64,000 nucleotides of DNA from an uncultured Acidobacteriota bacterium (GTDB lineage: Bacteria > Acidobacteriota > UBA6911), in assembly GCA_963843575.1 (NCBI GenBank), contig CAWJKZ010000020.1, positions 1-64,000 on the forward strand. Reading direction: 5' to 3'. The number at the start of each line of letters is the position of its first letter. Positions within the stretch are counted from its first letter, which is position 1. The notes beneath the pieces were generated by a model. That model was not told the DNA's origin, searched no databases, and was given only the letters and a program-made list of their open reading frames with translations. The position numbers and the translations under genes were made by a program. Of this stretch, positions 20,996 through 30,385 are shown one piece after another.

Positions 20996-23113
20996 TCAAG
21001 CTGAGAGAATGTCGGACGGGCCCCACGCAGGCTCCTGGAGGACCCGGATGTTCGACGCCGAGGAGAACTCCGCCCGGACCGCCTCGGCCGCCATCCGATT
21101 GCCGGCTCCGTCGATCGCCCCGGCGAGCGTGACCGGTCGCGGGGCAAGGGAGACGGTCAACTCCGGCAGGTCGGTGTGGGCCAGCAGGTTCGGCACGAAA
21201 TTGCCGAGTGGGTAGTTGTACTCCTCCGTCTCGACGATGGACCGGAACGAAATCAGACCCTCGGCCAGGTACAGGCTGCCGATCGCCGGTTCCAGGACGG
21301 CGGCAAACTGGGCGGGCACGGTAAGCACGCCGCGCGCGGCGACTATGACGCGCCGGCCTGCGAATTCCGGGCGCGTCCGGAGGCCCCGAACGACTGCGAG
21401 GATATCGGTGACCCGCTGCCCGGCGAGCGGTTTGCCGAGGATGAGGGAGGACCACGCGTAGTCTTCCTCGCTGTTGTGAGGTCTGGCGTGACGCGCGGCC
21501 CCGCGGCTGAATTCGGGGGTCATGTCCCCGATGCCGCGCAGGTCCGGCGCGCAGACGACGCAGCCCTCGGCCGCCATCCGGTTATAGAGTCCGGATTCGT
21601 GCCAGGCATTCCGCCCGCCGGGCTCCAGCACGATCACCAGCGGTTTCGACCGGTCAGCGGCCTTGGCCTGGTACAGCCAGGCAGGCACCCACACCTTTGG
21701 CGCGGCGGGGAACTCAACCGCTTCGACCAGGGTCTGGTGGTACGACGCGCGGCCGACCGTGATTGCGCTCGCATCGGCCCCGGGGCGATCGACGTTCAAC
21801 AGCCGGCCGAGGTCCGCCGGTGTCTTCGACAGGCTTCGCTTCCGATTGAGCGTGAACGGCGTCTCCCCGTGAAATGACTGCACCACGCTCCCGTTGGCCG
21901 AGACGAACAGCGTCTCTTCCGACTCCGGCTGGACGACAGGCTCCTCGGCGACCGGTTGGGACTCGCCCTTCAACCAGCGTGCGAACCAGTTGTACATCCG
22001 CATGCGGAGATCGTAACTGAACCCGTGCGGGAGTGGCGTGCTGAACCAGCCGATCCGGTCGATGTGGCCGAGCCGCTCATAGACGCGCCGGAGTTTCTCG
22101 TACTCTTCGGTTCCGCTGTTGAGATAGTTGGGCGAATAGGTGCCGAAGAAGTCGCGCTGGCTCACCATGACCAGCAGGGGCTTGGGCGCGATCGGATAGA
22201 GCAGATCCCAACGGTCGAAGCCCACCGGTCCGGAAGCGACCAGGTTTTGTTCTCCATCGTCGGTCGAGCCGGGCGGATTGAAATTCGCACAGGCGACGTT
22301 TTCGGTGATACCAGAGGAGACCACCGCCGCCGCGAGGCGATCGTCGACCGCGGCGAGCATCATCGTGGTGGTGCCGCCGCCGGATTGTCCGGTCGAGGCG
22401 AGCCGTTTGGGATCGACCAGCGGATGGGAAGCCAGATAGTCCAGGCTGCGCACCGCATCCCAGGTCTGAAGCCGGGTGCTGGTGATGCCTTTGAGCAGCA
22501 TCTGGCGCCCGGGGAAGGTATGCTCCTCGTCCGCACCCAGCCGGCTGAGGGAAGGCACAGGCCCCGGATAGTAAGTGCGTTCACCCTGGCCCATCGGGTC
22601 GAAACCGAGCACAAGATAGCCGAGCCCTGCCAGGGTCTGGCAGCAGAGCTGATAGGTGGCGTCACCCTTCCCGTTTGTGGTGTGGCCCATCTGATACAGC
22701 ACTCCCGGAAACGGCGGGCGCCCCACGGTGGGGACATACAGAGTCCCGGAGACGTGGAAGTTCGGCTGGCTCTCGTAGACGACTTTCTCGACGCGATACC
22801 CTCGCCGCTCGAATTTGCCCACCGTTCGGGCGTTGAGTGGAGTCCGCTCCGGCATCCCGCCCACAAGAGTCCAGAAGGTTTCGGTGACCCACCGCTGCCT
22901 TTCCCGGATGGCGTCAGGCGTGGTCAGGCTCGAGATCGCGCGGTTCCGCGACTGATAAGCCCGCTCCGCCAGGTCGCGCAGGTAGTCCGGGAGGCAGCGT
23001 GAATAATCGCGATAGATGATGGAAGGAGCGCTCTCCTGTGCGCCGGTATTCCTGCGCAAGAAGGCGCCCATGGCGGCCAGGGCCAGAACTTCTCGCCGAC
23101 TCATCGTAAGCAT
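20996..23113 (-). CDS. Tat-exported alpha/beta hydrolase (acetylxylan esterase-like), paralogue of 10344..12524
   Basis: SRREVL Tat signal, HVSGTLYVP, GQSGGGTTT nucleophile elbow, DPMGQGER shared with the paralogue. Confidence 0.85.
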   Translation of the reverse strand: MLTMSRREVLALAAMGAFLRRNTGAQESAPSIIYRDYSRCLPDYLRDLAERAYQSRNRAISSLTTPDAIRERQRWVTETFWTLVGGMPERTPLNARTVGKFERRGYRVEKVVYESQPNFHVSGTLYVPTVGRPPFPGVLYQMGHTTNGKGDATYQLCCQTLAGLGYLVLGFDPMGQGERTYYPGPVPSLSRLGADEEHTFPGRQMLLKGITSTRLQTWDAVRSLDYLASHPLVDPKRLASTGQSGGGTTTMMLAAVDDRLAAAVVSSGITENVACANFNPPGSTDDGEQNLVASGPVGFDRWDLLYPIAPKPLLVMVSQRDFFGTYSPNYLNSGTEEYEKLRRVYERLGHIDRIGWFSTPLPHGFSYDLRMRMYNWFARWLKGESQPVAEEPVVQPESEETLFVSANGSVVQSFHGETPFTLNRKRSLSKTPADLGRLLNVDRPGADASAITVGRASYHQTLVEAVEFPAAPKVWVPAWLYQAKAADRSKPLVIVLEPGGRNAWHESGLYNRMAAEGCVVCAPDLRGIGDMTPEFSRGAARHARPHNSEEDYAWSSLILGKPLAGQRVTDILAVVRGLRTRPEFAGRRVIVAARGVLTVPAQFAAVLEPAIGSLYLAEGLISFRSIVETEEYNYPLGNFVPNLLAHTDLPELTVSLAPRPVTLAGAIDGAGNRMAAEAVRAEFSSASNIRVLQEPAWGPSDILSA

Positions 23114-23143
23114 CAGGCATTCTCCTCCCGGGCGCAGCCCGGC

Positions 23144-24118
23144 TCACTTCTCCTGCAACCGCTCCGTGGGACTGATGTACTGCACGGGATGCTGCTCCAG
23201 CCATTTCGAGTAGTGCTCAAAACTGGCCAGGGCGGGAACGATGACGTCGGCCGACTTGCGGAGCACGTCGACGGCAATGTCTATGTCGGAACGTCCGTTG
23301 AACATCACCCCCGCGTTACCGTGGTTTCCGTGGTTCTTCTCTTCGAAATAGCGGAATCCGACGACTCCCCACCTTCGCATGGCGGCGATATCCGGGGCGA
23401 TCTCGGCGGGCTGATCGGGGTCCTCGGCGGTTTTGATTTCCTTGGCCCAGTTTTCCAGCGGGATCGGCCGCTCGCGGCCCAGTATCCTCAAGCTTGCCAG
23501 ATCGATCTGCTGCTCTTCGAAATTGCCGGGGTAGCCGCGCCACAACTCCTGGACCTCGGGAAAGTCGAAGGCGCGGCGCGCGGAGATAAAGAAGCAGGGC
23601 TTCTCGGTCTCATCAAACAGCTCGCGCGCTGCGATCATGCCCGCGGTGTCCTCCGGGTTGGTTCCGCCGACCAGGACCGTACGCCGGAATCCCTGCTTGT
23701 TGAGGGTCGAGGCAATTCGCTTGAGCACCATGACTTGCTCTTCGTGGGTGAAGGACACGGTCCCGCGAAAGGTGCGGGTAGCGCCGGCAAAGCAGCAATG
23801 CGTCGGCGGGAAGACCAACCCGTTCGCCTTGTCCGCGATCAGCAGGCTGAGGGCATGCGCCCAATGCGCATGCATGCCCACTGGGATCAAGGCGCCGTGA
23901 CCGCTGATCGGTCCGAACGGAATCAGAACCAGGTCCCCTCCGGACTTCAGGTAGAACTCGATCTCCCGGCTCGTCATCTCGTCCATGCGGCGGCTTGAGA
24001 AGGGGATATTCCCCGAATTCTGCGGCGCGGACTGCACGGTCTGAGCCGCGCCAGAGCGGGCAAGCACGCCGCCGGCCAAGACGTTCCGGAAGAACCTGCG
24101 TCGTCCATGCGATTTCAT
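23144..24118 (-). CDS. Tat-exported creatininase-family protein (divergent)
   Basis: GRRRFF Tat signal. MDEMTSREI, LIPFGPISGHGALIPVG and FRGTVSF match the creatininase layout. Confidence 0.75.
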   Translation of the reverse strand: MKSHGRRRFFRNVLAGGVLARSGAAQTVQSAPQNSGNIPFSSRRMDEMTSREIEFYLKSGGDLVLIPFGPISGHGALIPVGMHAHWAHALSLLIADKANGLVFPPTHCCFAGATRTFRGTVSFTHEEQVMVLKRIASTLNKQGFRRTVLVGGTNPEDTAGMIAARELFDETEKPCFFISARRAFDFPEVQELWRGYPGNFEEQQIDLASLRILGRERPIPLENWAKEIKTAEDPDQPAEIAPDIAAMRRWGVVGFRYFEEKNHGNHGNAGVMFNGRSDIDIAVDVLRKSADVIVPALASFEHYSKWLEQHPVQYISPTERLQEK

Positions 24119-24501
24119 GGATAGCTCCTTTGCCACAGCTTACAGCAAAACTCCAATCCGGATAGAATCGAATGGATCCCAATGAACCCGGAGGGCTTCT
24201 GGCAGCGCCACCTCCGGTGGGCCCAGGTCAAAATCCTGCAAGATCCACTGTAAATCAAGCGAAACAACGGGGCAGCACCGCCGAGGCGACGTCCGCGGGG
24301 CGCCTCGGCCGCGCTAACTCGCATCGCCCTGGCGGGCATCCGACACCTCTGCTCCTCCCAGTTCGCGGTTGGCCGGGCTGGAACTTGATCGACGCCAACG
24401 CCGGCCGGAACCCTTATCGGACAACACTATTCTTCAGCACGCAGCCAATCCCGCTCATCACGGCCCAGTGGAGGAGTAGATCCTGCCTGGAGCGGCTGCC
24501 G

Positions 24502-27087
24502 TCAGGGGGTTCGCAAGGGGGTGAGGGCATCGTAGAGTGCGATGCCGGAGCGGATCGAGGAGGCGGCCGAGTCGTCTTTTTGCCGCAGCGCGATTTCCAG
24601 CGCCCGGCGGGCCGTGGCCGACGCGTCGGTAAATCGTCCCGTTTCGGCATAGGCCGCGGCGAGAGTCTCGAGAACCGCGGTGTCCTGGCCGCCCGTCAGC
24701 CGCAGGGCCTTGCGCGCGAGCGAGAGGGCCTCGCCACCGCTGCGGAAGCGCTCGTCCCGGCACGTGGCCAGGACCCAGGCCAGGTGCCGGAGCAGGGTTG
24801 CGTCCTCCGGGCGCAGCTCGATCGCCTTGCGCCACTGCTTCAGCGCTGCGGCGGTCTCTCCCCGGCTGCCAAGCGCCGTGGCGAGGCTGTCGCTCGCCTC
24901 CGGGTAGTCCGGGGTGATTTCCAATGCCCGCCGCCAGGATGCGATCGCCTCGTCCGGGTTTCCCCTCTCCAGCATGACCTGCCCGAGATGGTAGTGTGCG
25001 GGGGCGTATCGCGGGTCGAGCGCGAGCGCCTTGCTCACTTCGGCTGCCGCCTCGTCGGGCGCCCCCGTCTTCGCCAGCGCGGCACCGAGGTTGCAGCGCG
25101 CAGCGGCGAAGCCGGGATCCAGCGACACGGCGCGGCGGAGTTCCGGGACGGCCTCGCGTGCCTTGCCGGAGCGCAACAGCAGCGCCCCGAGATCGTTCCA
25201 CGCCGCGGCGCGGGCCGGGTCCAGCCGGACGGCGCTGCGTGCCTTGAGCTCCGCAGCGCGCTGGAGGTGCCGTTCGCCCTCCTCCCGGTCGCCGCCGCTC
25301 AGCGCCAGCGCCATCCCCAGGTTGCGGTGGGTGAGCTCCTCGTCGGGATTGGCGTCGAGAGCCTTTCTCCACGCGGCAACCGCCTCGGCATACCGCCCGC
25401 GTTTGTGCAGATACGCGGCAGCGTCGAACAGCCTGAAGAATTCGATCGCGGGCCCCCCGATCGAACGGATGCCGTCGGGGCCGGTGTTGACGAACTCCGG
25501 GAGGTTCACCGCGCGGTTCGCAGCGGTCGCATTCTCGACGAGGATGGCCGGGCTGTCGTTGCCGTTTTCGTCGATATGGGTAAGGTACATCTGGGTGTAG
25601 GGCGACCTGCTTTTCGAGGAAAACACGAGCCAGCGGCCATTCGGCGAGAAGCTGTGCCAGGAATTCATCGGGCTCAGGTTGCAGCGCATGCGTCTCGCGT
25701 TCCCGCCCTCGAAGGGCACGATGTGGAGCGCGCTGTCGGGGCGCATCAGCAGGCCGTTACGGGCCTGGACGAACACGATCCAGCGGCCGTCCGGCGACAC
25801 TTTGGGGAACGAGTTGCTCATCCCGTTCCCGGAGGCTCCGGCGATCGGGACGGGAGTGCCGCCATCGCCTTCGTTGAAAGGTATGCGGTAGAGGTCGTAC
25901 CGGACGGGGGTCTCGTTCGGGTCGTTCGCATACGCGGCCAGCGGGACCCCTTTCGGGTTGGGATCCCGGGCTGGAGCCCGGGCAAACACCAACTGGCGGC
26001 CGTCGGGCGTCCAGACGGCCCCCATCTGCACGAAATTCGGGTCGGCCGCCCCAGGGAGCGGCCGGAGTTCCCCGGTGTCGCGCCCGTACCATTGCAGGAC
26101 GCCGCGGGTGGGGTAGAACACCTGGAGGAACCGGTAGTCGGAAAAGTTGGCGACGTAGTAATTGCTGGGAACCGGCGCCGGCGAGTCATTTCCGGCGTCC
26201 CACCGCGGCCTGGCGAGCGCCGCCGGGTTCAGGGTGGTCACGACGCGCCGTCCGTCGGGGGACACCTGCGACATGAAACCCACCCTGATCTTGCCGCGCA
26301 ACTCCCCGGCAGGAGCACTCCACTGCAGGACGTCGCGGTTGCCGATGGAAATCTGCGGCTTGACGGGGACGAGCGCGTACTTGCCGCGATTATTCTGAAG
26401 CCCGTCCATGTCGATGCCCATCGTCCTGCCGTCGGCCGAAAAGGAGTGGCAGTTCGCGCATATCGGGAGATCGGTCATCACGAGACGGCTGCTGGGCTCC
26501 GCGACGTTGCGGACCCGCCAGGCGACCAGGCGTACGGCTTGCAGCGAGAGCGGCTCGATGACGCCTGTTTCGGTCTGCGTCGGCATGAGGGGCACGTCGC
26601 GGTAGAAGATGTGAGCCCCGACCGGGTCTTCGGAGGTCCTGATTCGGACGCTCCCGCGCGAGCGCTCCCCGGCCGCGCCTGCGCCCGAGATGGTCACGGT
26701 TGCGGGTGCAGAGCGCGAGTGTTGCTTGATCTGTGCCCAGAGCGGGCCGTTGGGCCTCCAGGTGCGCGTGACGGCCTGTTTCGCCGTGAGCTTCGGGACC
26801 TCGTTGGTGGACGAGACGCACGCCGGGTCGATCGGGCCGATGCGCAGCGGCTCGCCGCGCGCGACTACGCGAACGCCGGGCGAGCCATCGCCAAAAGAGA
26901 TGTCGACGGTCCAGGAGGAAATCCCGGAACCGCCGTTGCGAAACAGGAACGTCGGCGGGCTGATATCGGGCGGGAAGATCGACCCGTCCTCGGGGTAATC
27001 GATGACGATCGCCGCCGTCGGAACCCAGACGGACGAGGTACAGAAAACAACGGAGGAGAAGACCAGAACAACAGCCGCATATTTCAT
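24502..27087 (-). CDS. TolB-like (PD40) beta-propeller protein with one CxxCH motif and C-terminal TPRs
   Basis: YPEDGSIFPPD, CANCH, repeated S/TPDGR, SWHSFSPNGRW, and multiple TPR repeats. Confidence 0.85.
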   Translation of the reverse strand: MKYAAVVLVFSSVVFCTSSVWVPTAAIVIDYPEDGSIFPPDISPPTFLFRNGGSGISSWTVDISFGDGSPGVRVVARGEPLRIGPIDPACVSSTNEVPKLTAKQAVTRTWRPNGPLWAQIKQHSRSAPATVTISGAGAAGERSRGSVRIRTSEDPVGAHIFYRDVPLMPTQTETGVIEPLSLQAVRLVAWRVRNVAEPSSRLVMTDLPICANCHSFSADGRTMGIDMDGLQNNRGKYALVPVKPQISIGNRDVLQWSAPAGELRGKIRVGFMSQVSPDGRRVVTTLNPAALARPRWDAGNDSPAPVPSNYYVANFSDYRFLQVFYPTRGVLQWYGRDTGELRPLPGAADPNFVQMGAVWTPDGRQLVFARAPARDPNPKGVPLAAYANDPNETPVRYDLYRIPFNEGDGGTPVPIAGASGNGMSNSFPKVSPDGRWIVFVQARNGLLMRPDSALHIVPFEGGNARRMRCNLSPMNSWHSFSPNGRWLVFSSKSRSPYTQMYLTHIDENGNDSPAILVENATAANRAVNLPEFVNTGPDGIRSIGGPAIEFFRLFDAAAYLHKRGRYAEAVAAWRKALDANPDEELTHRNLGMALALSGGDREEGERHLQRAAELKARSAVRLDPARAAAWNDLGALLLRSGKAREAVPELRRAVSLDPGFAAARCNLGAALAKTGAPDEAAAEVSKALALDPRYAPAHYHLGQVMLERGNPDEAIASWRRALEITPDYPEASDSLATALGSRGETAAALKQWRKAIELRPEDATLLRHLAWVLATCRDERFRSGGEALSLARKALRLTGGQDTAVLETLAAAYAETGRFTDASATARRALEIALRQKDDSAASSIRSGIALYDALTPLRTP

Positions 27088-27393
27088 GGTGCAGAATCAG
27101 AATATCAGGCGCCCTTCCCGGATCAAAGCGGTGCCTCGCCACAAGGGCGGCCCCGGGCACACAGGGCTCCCGGATGCAGCCTGTCACCAAGTGTCAACAA
27201 CGTCGTCGCAGTTGTAATCGACCCCTGCGTGGTGCCGCAGTCACGTTTCCCAACCGACGCCGACAGCCATTTCCTGCGGGCGCCACATGTGCCGCGAACG
27301 AAACGCCCGGTGATCGACTCGCGGGCCGGCAGGAAGCGACGGAGTTCGATCGCCGGGGTGGATTCCAGGGCCGCCATGGGCGGCGACGCGCGG

Positions 27394-29214
27394 CTACGGT
27401 ATGTCAAGAGCGTGTTCCCGGATCTCCGCGACCGGAGGCACTGAGCGGCTCATCTGCGAATTCTGGCTAACCAGGAAGAACGGCGTGCGGAACAGTATCA
27501 GCAGGTCCCTCCAGAACGACCACCTCCCGATATACTCGAGGTCAGACTGAACACGCTGCTCCATCGGGGTGTCACCGCGCCAACCCCGAACCTGGGCGAG
27601 GCCGGTAATCCCTCCGCGAACCTGGGTCCGGCGTTTGAAATCCGGGCAGGTCTCCACGAACACACTGTGGAACTCAGGCCGCTCGGGGCGCGGACCGACA
27701 AGGCTCATGTCGCCCACCAGCACGTTCCAGAGCTGGGGAATTTCATCGATGCCGTACCTGCGGAGGGTGGCCCCGACGGTGGTGCAGCGAGGGTCATTGT
27801 CGACGGCCCAGATCGCACCTTTCCCCCGCTCCGCGTCGCTGGTCATGGTGCGAAGTTTCAGCATCACGAATTCCCGTCCATGCAGTCCCACCCTGGTCTG
27901 CCGGAAAAAGCCCGGTCCGGGCGTCTGCCGACGTATGAGGACAGCCATGAGGAGCAAAGGCAGCCCGAGGACCAGCAACCCGCACAGCGAGACCAGCACA
28001 TCCAGGCCGCGCTTGGCGCTACCGGTAATCCCACCCAACGAAGGATGCGCCCGGTCGAACGATCCAGCGGCGTTCGCCCGCAATCCTGGAGCGACGGCTC
28101 GCCTCCGGGGATGAAGTCGGCCGCCGTCGCACCTGTGCCTGACGGCTTCCAGGAGGGTGCGTCGAAAGGTCTCTCGTGAAAACCGCAGCGCGTTTTGTCG
28201 GAGTCTCTCCGGCACAAACCTGGTCTGCTCCAGCAGACGGATGCCTTCGATGAGGCTGGCTGCCGTCTGGCGGCAGAAGAGTATCCCGGTCTCGCCGTCG
28301 GTGGTCGATTCGAGCGCCCCTCCCGCCGCATATGCCACCGCCGCTCTCCCACAGGCCTGCGCCTCGAGCGCAACCAGGCCGAAGTCCTCGCGCGCGGTAA
28401 CCAGCACCGCGCGGCAGCCTTGATACAGCGCTCGGAGCTCCTCGTTCGTCACGAACCCGCGAAACTGGATGTTGCCCGCGGCCTTGGCCCTGAGCTTGTG
28501 CAGGTCGGGTCCCGCTCCGGCAATCACCAGGGGGTAGCCGAGACGGTTGAATGCTTCCACGGCGATATCGAGGCGCTTGTAGGGAACCAGTGCGGACACG
28601 ACGAGGTAGAAACTCCCGGCGCGCTCTTCGACGGAGGGGCTGAAGAAGTCCGTGTCGACGGGGGGATAAATGATTTCTGCGTCTCGTCCGTAATACTTGA
28701 GAATCCTGCCCTGGACATGCCTGGAATCGGCGATGAAGTGGTCTACCGCGCGCGCGGTTTCGCAATCCCAGCGCCTCAAGGGAGTGGTCAGCGTCCGCAA
28801 AGCCGTCCTCTTGATCCCAAGCGGATCGGCGTAGTGGAAATAGTCTCGCCGCATGTCCCAGATGTAGCGCATGGGGGTCAGGCAATAGCAGATGTGCGGC
28901 CGCTCGAGGGGCTTCCGGACCCCCTTGGCCACGGCATGACTGATGCTCAGGACCAGGTCGAAACCCCGGAGATCGAATCTCGAGATCGCCAAGGGAAAGA
29001 GCGGAAGGAGGTGACGGTAGTGCCGCCGCGCACCCGGGATCCGGTCCAGAAAGGAGGTGTGGATCGACATCGATTCTATGCGCCGGCTCACCGAACCGGG
29101 CTCATGGAATAGCGTGAAGAGCGAAGCGTCGGGAAACAGTATGCACAGGTCCTCCAGGACGCGCTCTCCGCCGCGCATTCCCGTGAGCCAGTCGTGCACC
29201 AGGGCCACTTTCAT
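27394..29214 (-). CDS. GT4 (WbaZ-like) glycosyltransferase fused to a monotopic polyprenyl phosphoglycosyltransferase
   Basis: N-terminal VHDWLTGMRGGERV and EDFGLVALE (EX7E). C-terminal KRGLD, LKLRTM and DEIPQLWNVLVGDMSLVGPRPE. Confidence 0.92.
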   Translation of the reverse strand: MKVALVHDWLTGMRGGERVLEDLCILFPDASLFTLFHEPGSVSRRIESMSIHTSFLDRIPGARRHYRHLLPLFPLAISRFDLRGFDLVLSISHAVAKGVRKPLERPHICYCLTPMRYIWDMRRDYFHYADPLGIKRTALRTLTTPLRRWDCETARAVDHFIADSRHVQGRILKYYGRDAEIIYPPVDTDFFSPSVEERAGSFYLVVSALVPYKRLDIAVEAFNRLGYPLVIAGAGPDLHKLRAKAAGNIQFRGFVTNEELRALYQGCRAVLVTAREDFGLVALEAQACGRAAVAYAAGGALESTTDGETGILFCRQTAASLIEGIRLLEQTRFVPERLRQNALRFSRETFRRTLLEAVRHRCDGGRLHPRRRAVAPGLRANAAGSFDRAHPSLGGITGSAKRGLDVLVSLCGLLVLGLPLLLMAVLIRRQTPGPGFFRQTRVGLHGREFVMLKLRTMTSDAERGKGAIWAVDNDPRCTTVGATLRRYGIDEIPQLWNVLVGDMSLVGPRPERPEFHSVFVETCPDFKRRTQVRGGITGLAQVRGWRGDTPMEQRVQSDLEYIGRWSFWRDLLILFRTPFFLVSQNSQMSRSVPPVAEIREHALDIP

Positions 29215-29365
29215 AGGGCATACTCTTCGAATGAATTCCGGCGTGACGATGTCATGCCGGCAACTCCGGCCGTTGAATCATGCGTGTGCCCGAGCCACGC
29301 GATCCGCGGACGCTTTCCAATCCCTCGGCGTCACGACGATCATGGGAGTGACCTCGTCCATTCCA

Positions 29366-30385
29366 CTATCCCCTTCCCTCGCACGGCACTTCCCCGTCGC
29401 GGACCTCGGCAAGGTGAAGCGAGCATACGCACCGCCTGCAGACCGGGTTCGTGGCGACGTCCAGACTGCGACGGAACGCCAGTCCTTCAGGGCTGTTCAG
29501 GGCAGCACGGAGAGACTGCCGCTTCGTATTGCCGATGCCGGGGTGAAAGAAACAGGGGCGGACGGTGCCATCGGATTCGACGACCGCCGACACCCAGGGG
29601 GCGTTGCATGGGGGGGAGATAGGAGAGACCAGACCCAGGTGTGCGCGAAAGTGAACGACGATGCGCCGCAGCTTTTCCGGTGTCTCGAGAACGAATCCAC
29701 GATACTCCGGCAGGGCCGCAATCATGCCTTCGATTTCCGCCTCGAGCGAGTCCACCTCGTCCTGGGTCAGCGCCACCTGCGCCTGCCGCGCGGCGGGCCA
29801 ACCCGCGGGGCGGTTGAAAGCCCTCGAGGTAAGGTCTGCGGCGAGGAACGAGATGGAACGCAAACCCAGATCCATGGCGCAATGGACCGTCTCGCGAAGA
29901 ACACCGTGGTTGGCACGCTGCACGGTTGTGCGCGCGGCGATCGGGAACCCGGCCCGCTTCGCGTGCAGGGCGCGGATTCCTCCGGACAGCGAGTCGAACG
30001 CGCCGCGCACCCGGCGGATCCGGTCGTGCGCTTCCGGCGGCCCGTCCAGTGAGACGATCACGTCGTCCATGCTGCGGAGAACGCTCTCCGCATTAAGGGC
30101 CAGAAGCAGCCCGGTGGTCAGCATCGTGGTGCGGATCCCGCGCTCCCGCAGGAAATCGCCGAGGCGGAAGAGATCGGAGTGCATCAGCGGCTCGCCGCCC
30201 GAAAAAACCACCCGGCGCACGCCCAGGGCGGTGATGTCGTCCGCATGGGCTTGCAGGTCTGCGAACGTGATCTCCTCGCCCGCCTGGAGCTTCCAGATGT
30301 CGCACATCACGCATCGGCAGTTGCACCGGCTGTGCGGTTCCAGGATGAGGATCGGCAGGGTTTCGATCCGGTGACTGTCGTTCAT
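29366..30385 (-). CDS. Radical SAM protein with SPASM/twitch domain
   Basis: CNCRCVMC, SGGEPL and SLDG. C-terminal CNAPW...DGTVRPC...CRRCVC. Confidence 0.92.
   Translation of the reverse strand: MNDSHRIETLPILILEPHSRCNCRCVMCDIWKLQAGEEITFADLQAHADDITALGVRRVVFSGGEPLMHSDLFRLGDFLRERGIRTTMLTTGLLLALNAESVLRSMDDVIVSLDGPPEAHDRIRRVRGAFDSLSGGIRALHAKRAGFPIAARTTVQRANHGVLRETVHCAMDLGLRSISFLAADLTSRAFNRPAGWPAARQAQVALTQDEVDSLEAEIEGMIAALPEYRGFVLETPEKLRRIVVHFRAHLGLVSPISPPCNAPWVSAVVESDGTVRPCFFHPGIGNTKRQSLRAALNSPEGLAFRRSLDVATNPVCRRCVCSLHLAEVRDGEVPCEGRG

Noticed and set aside
24172-27444. 1090-aa plus-strand ORF (and other long antisense ORFs, e.g. 50563..52632, 12696..14540, 17847..19418, 39966..41468)
   Set aside because: Shadow frames of well-supported genes on the opposite strand. 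They are Arg/Gly/Pro-rich with no motifs, as expected at high GC.
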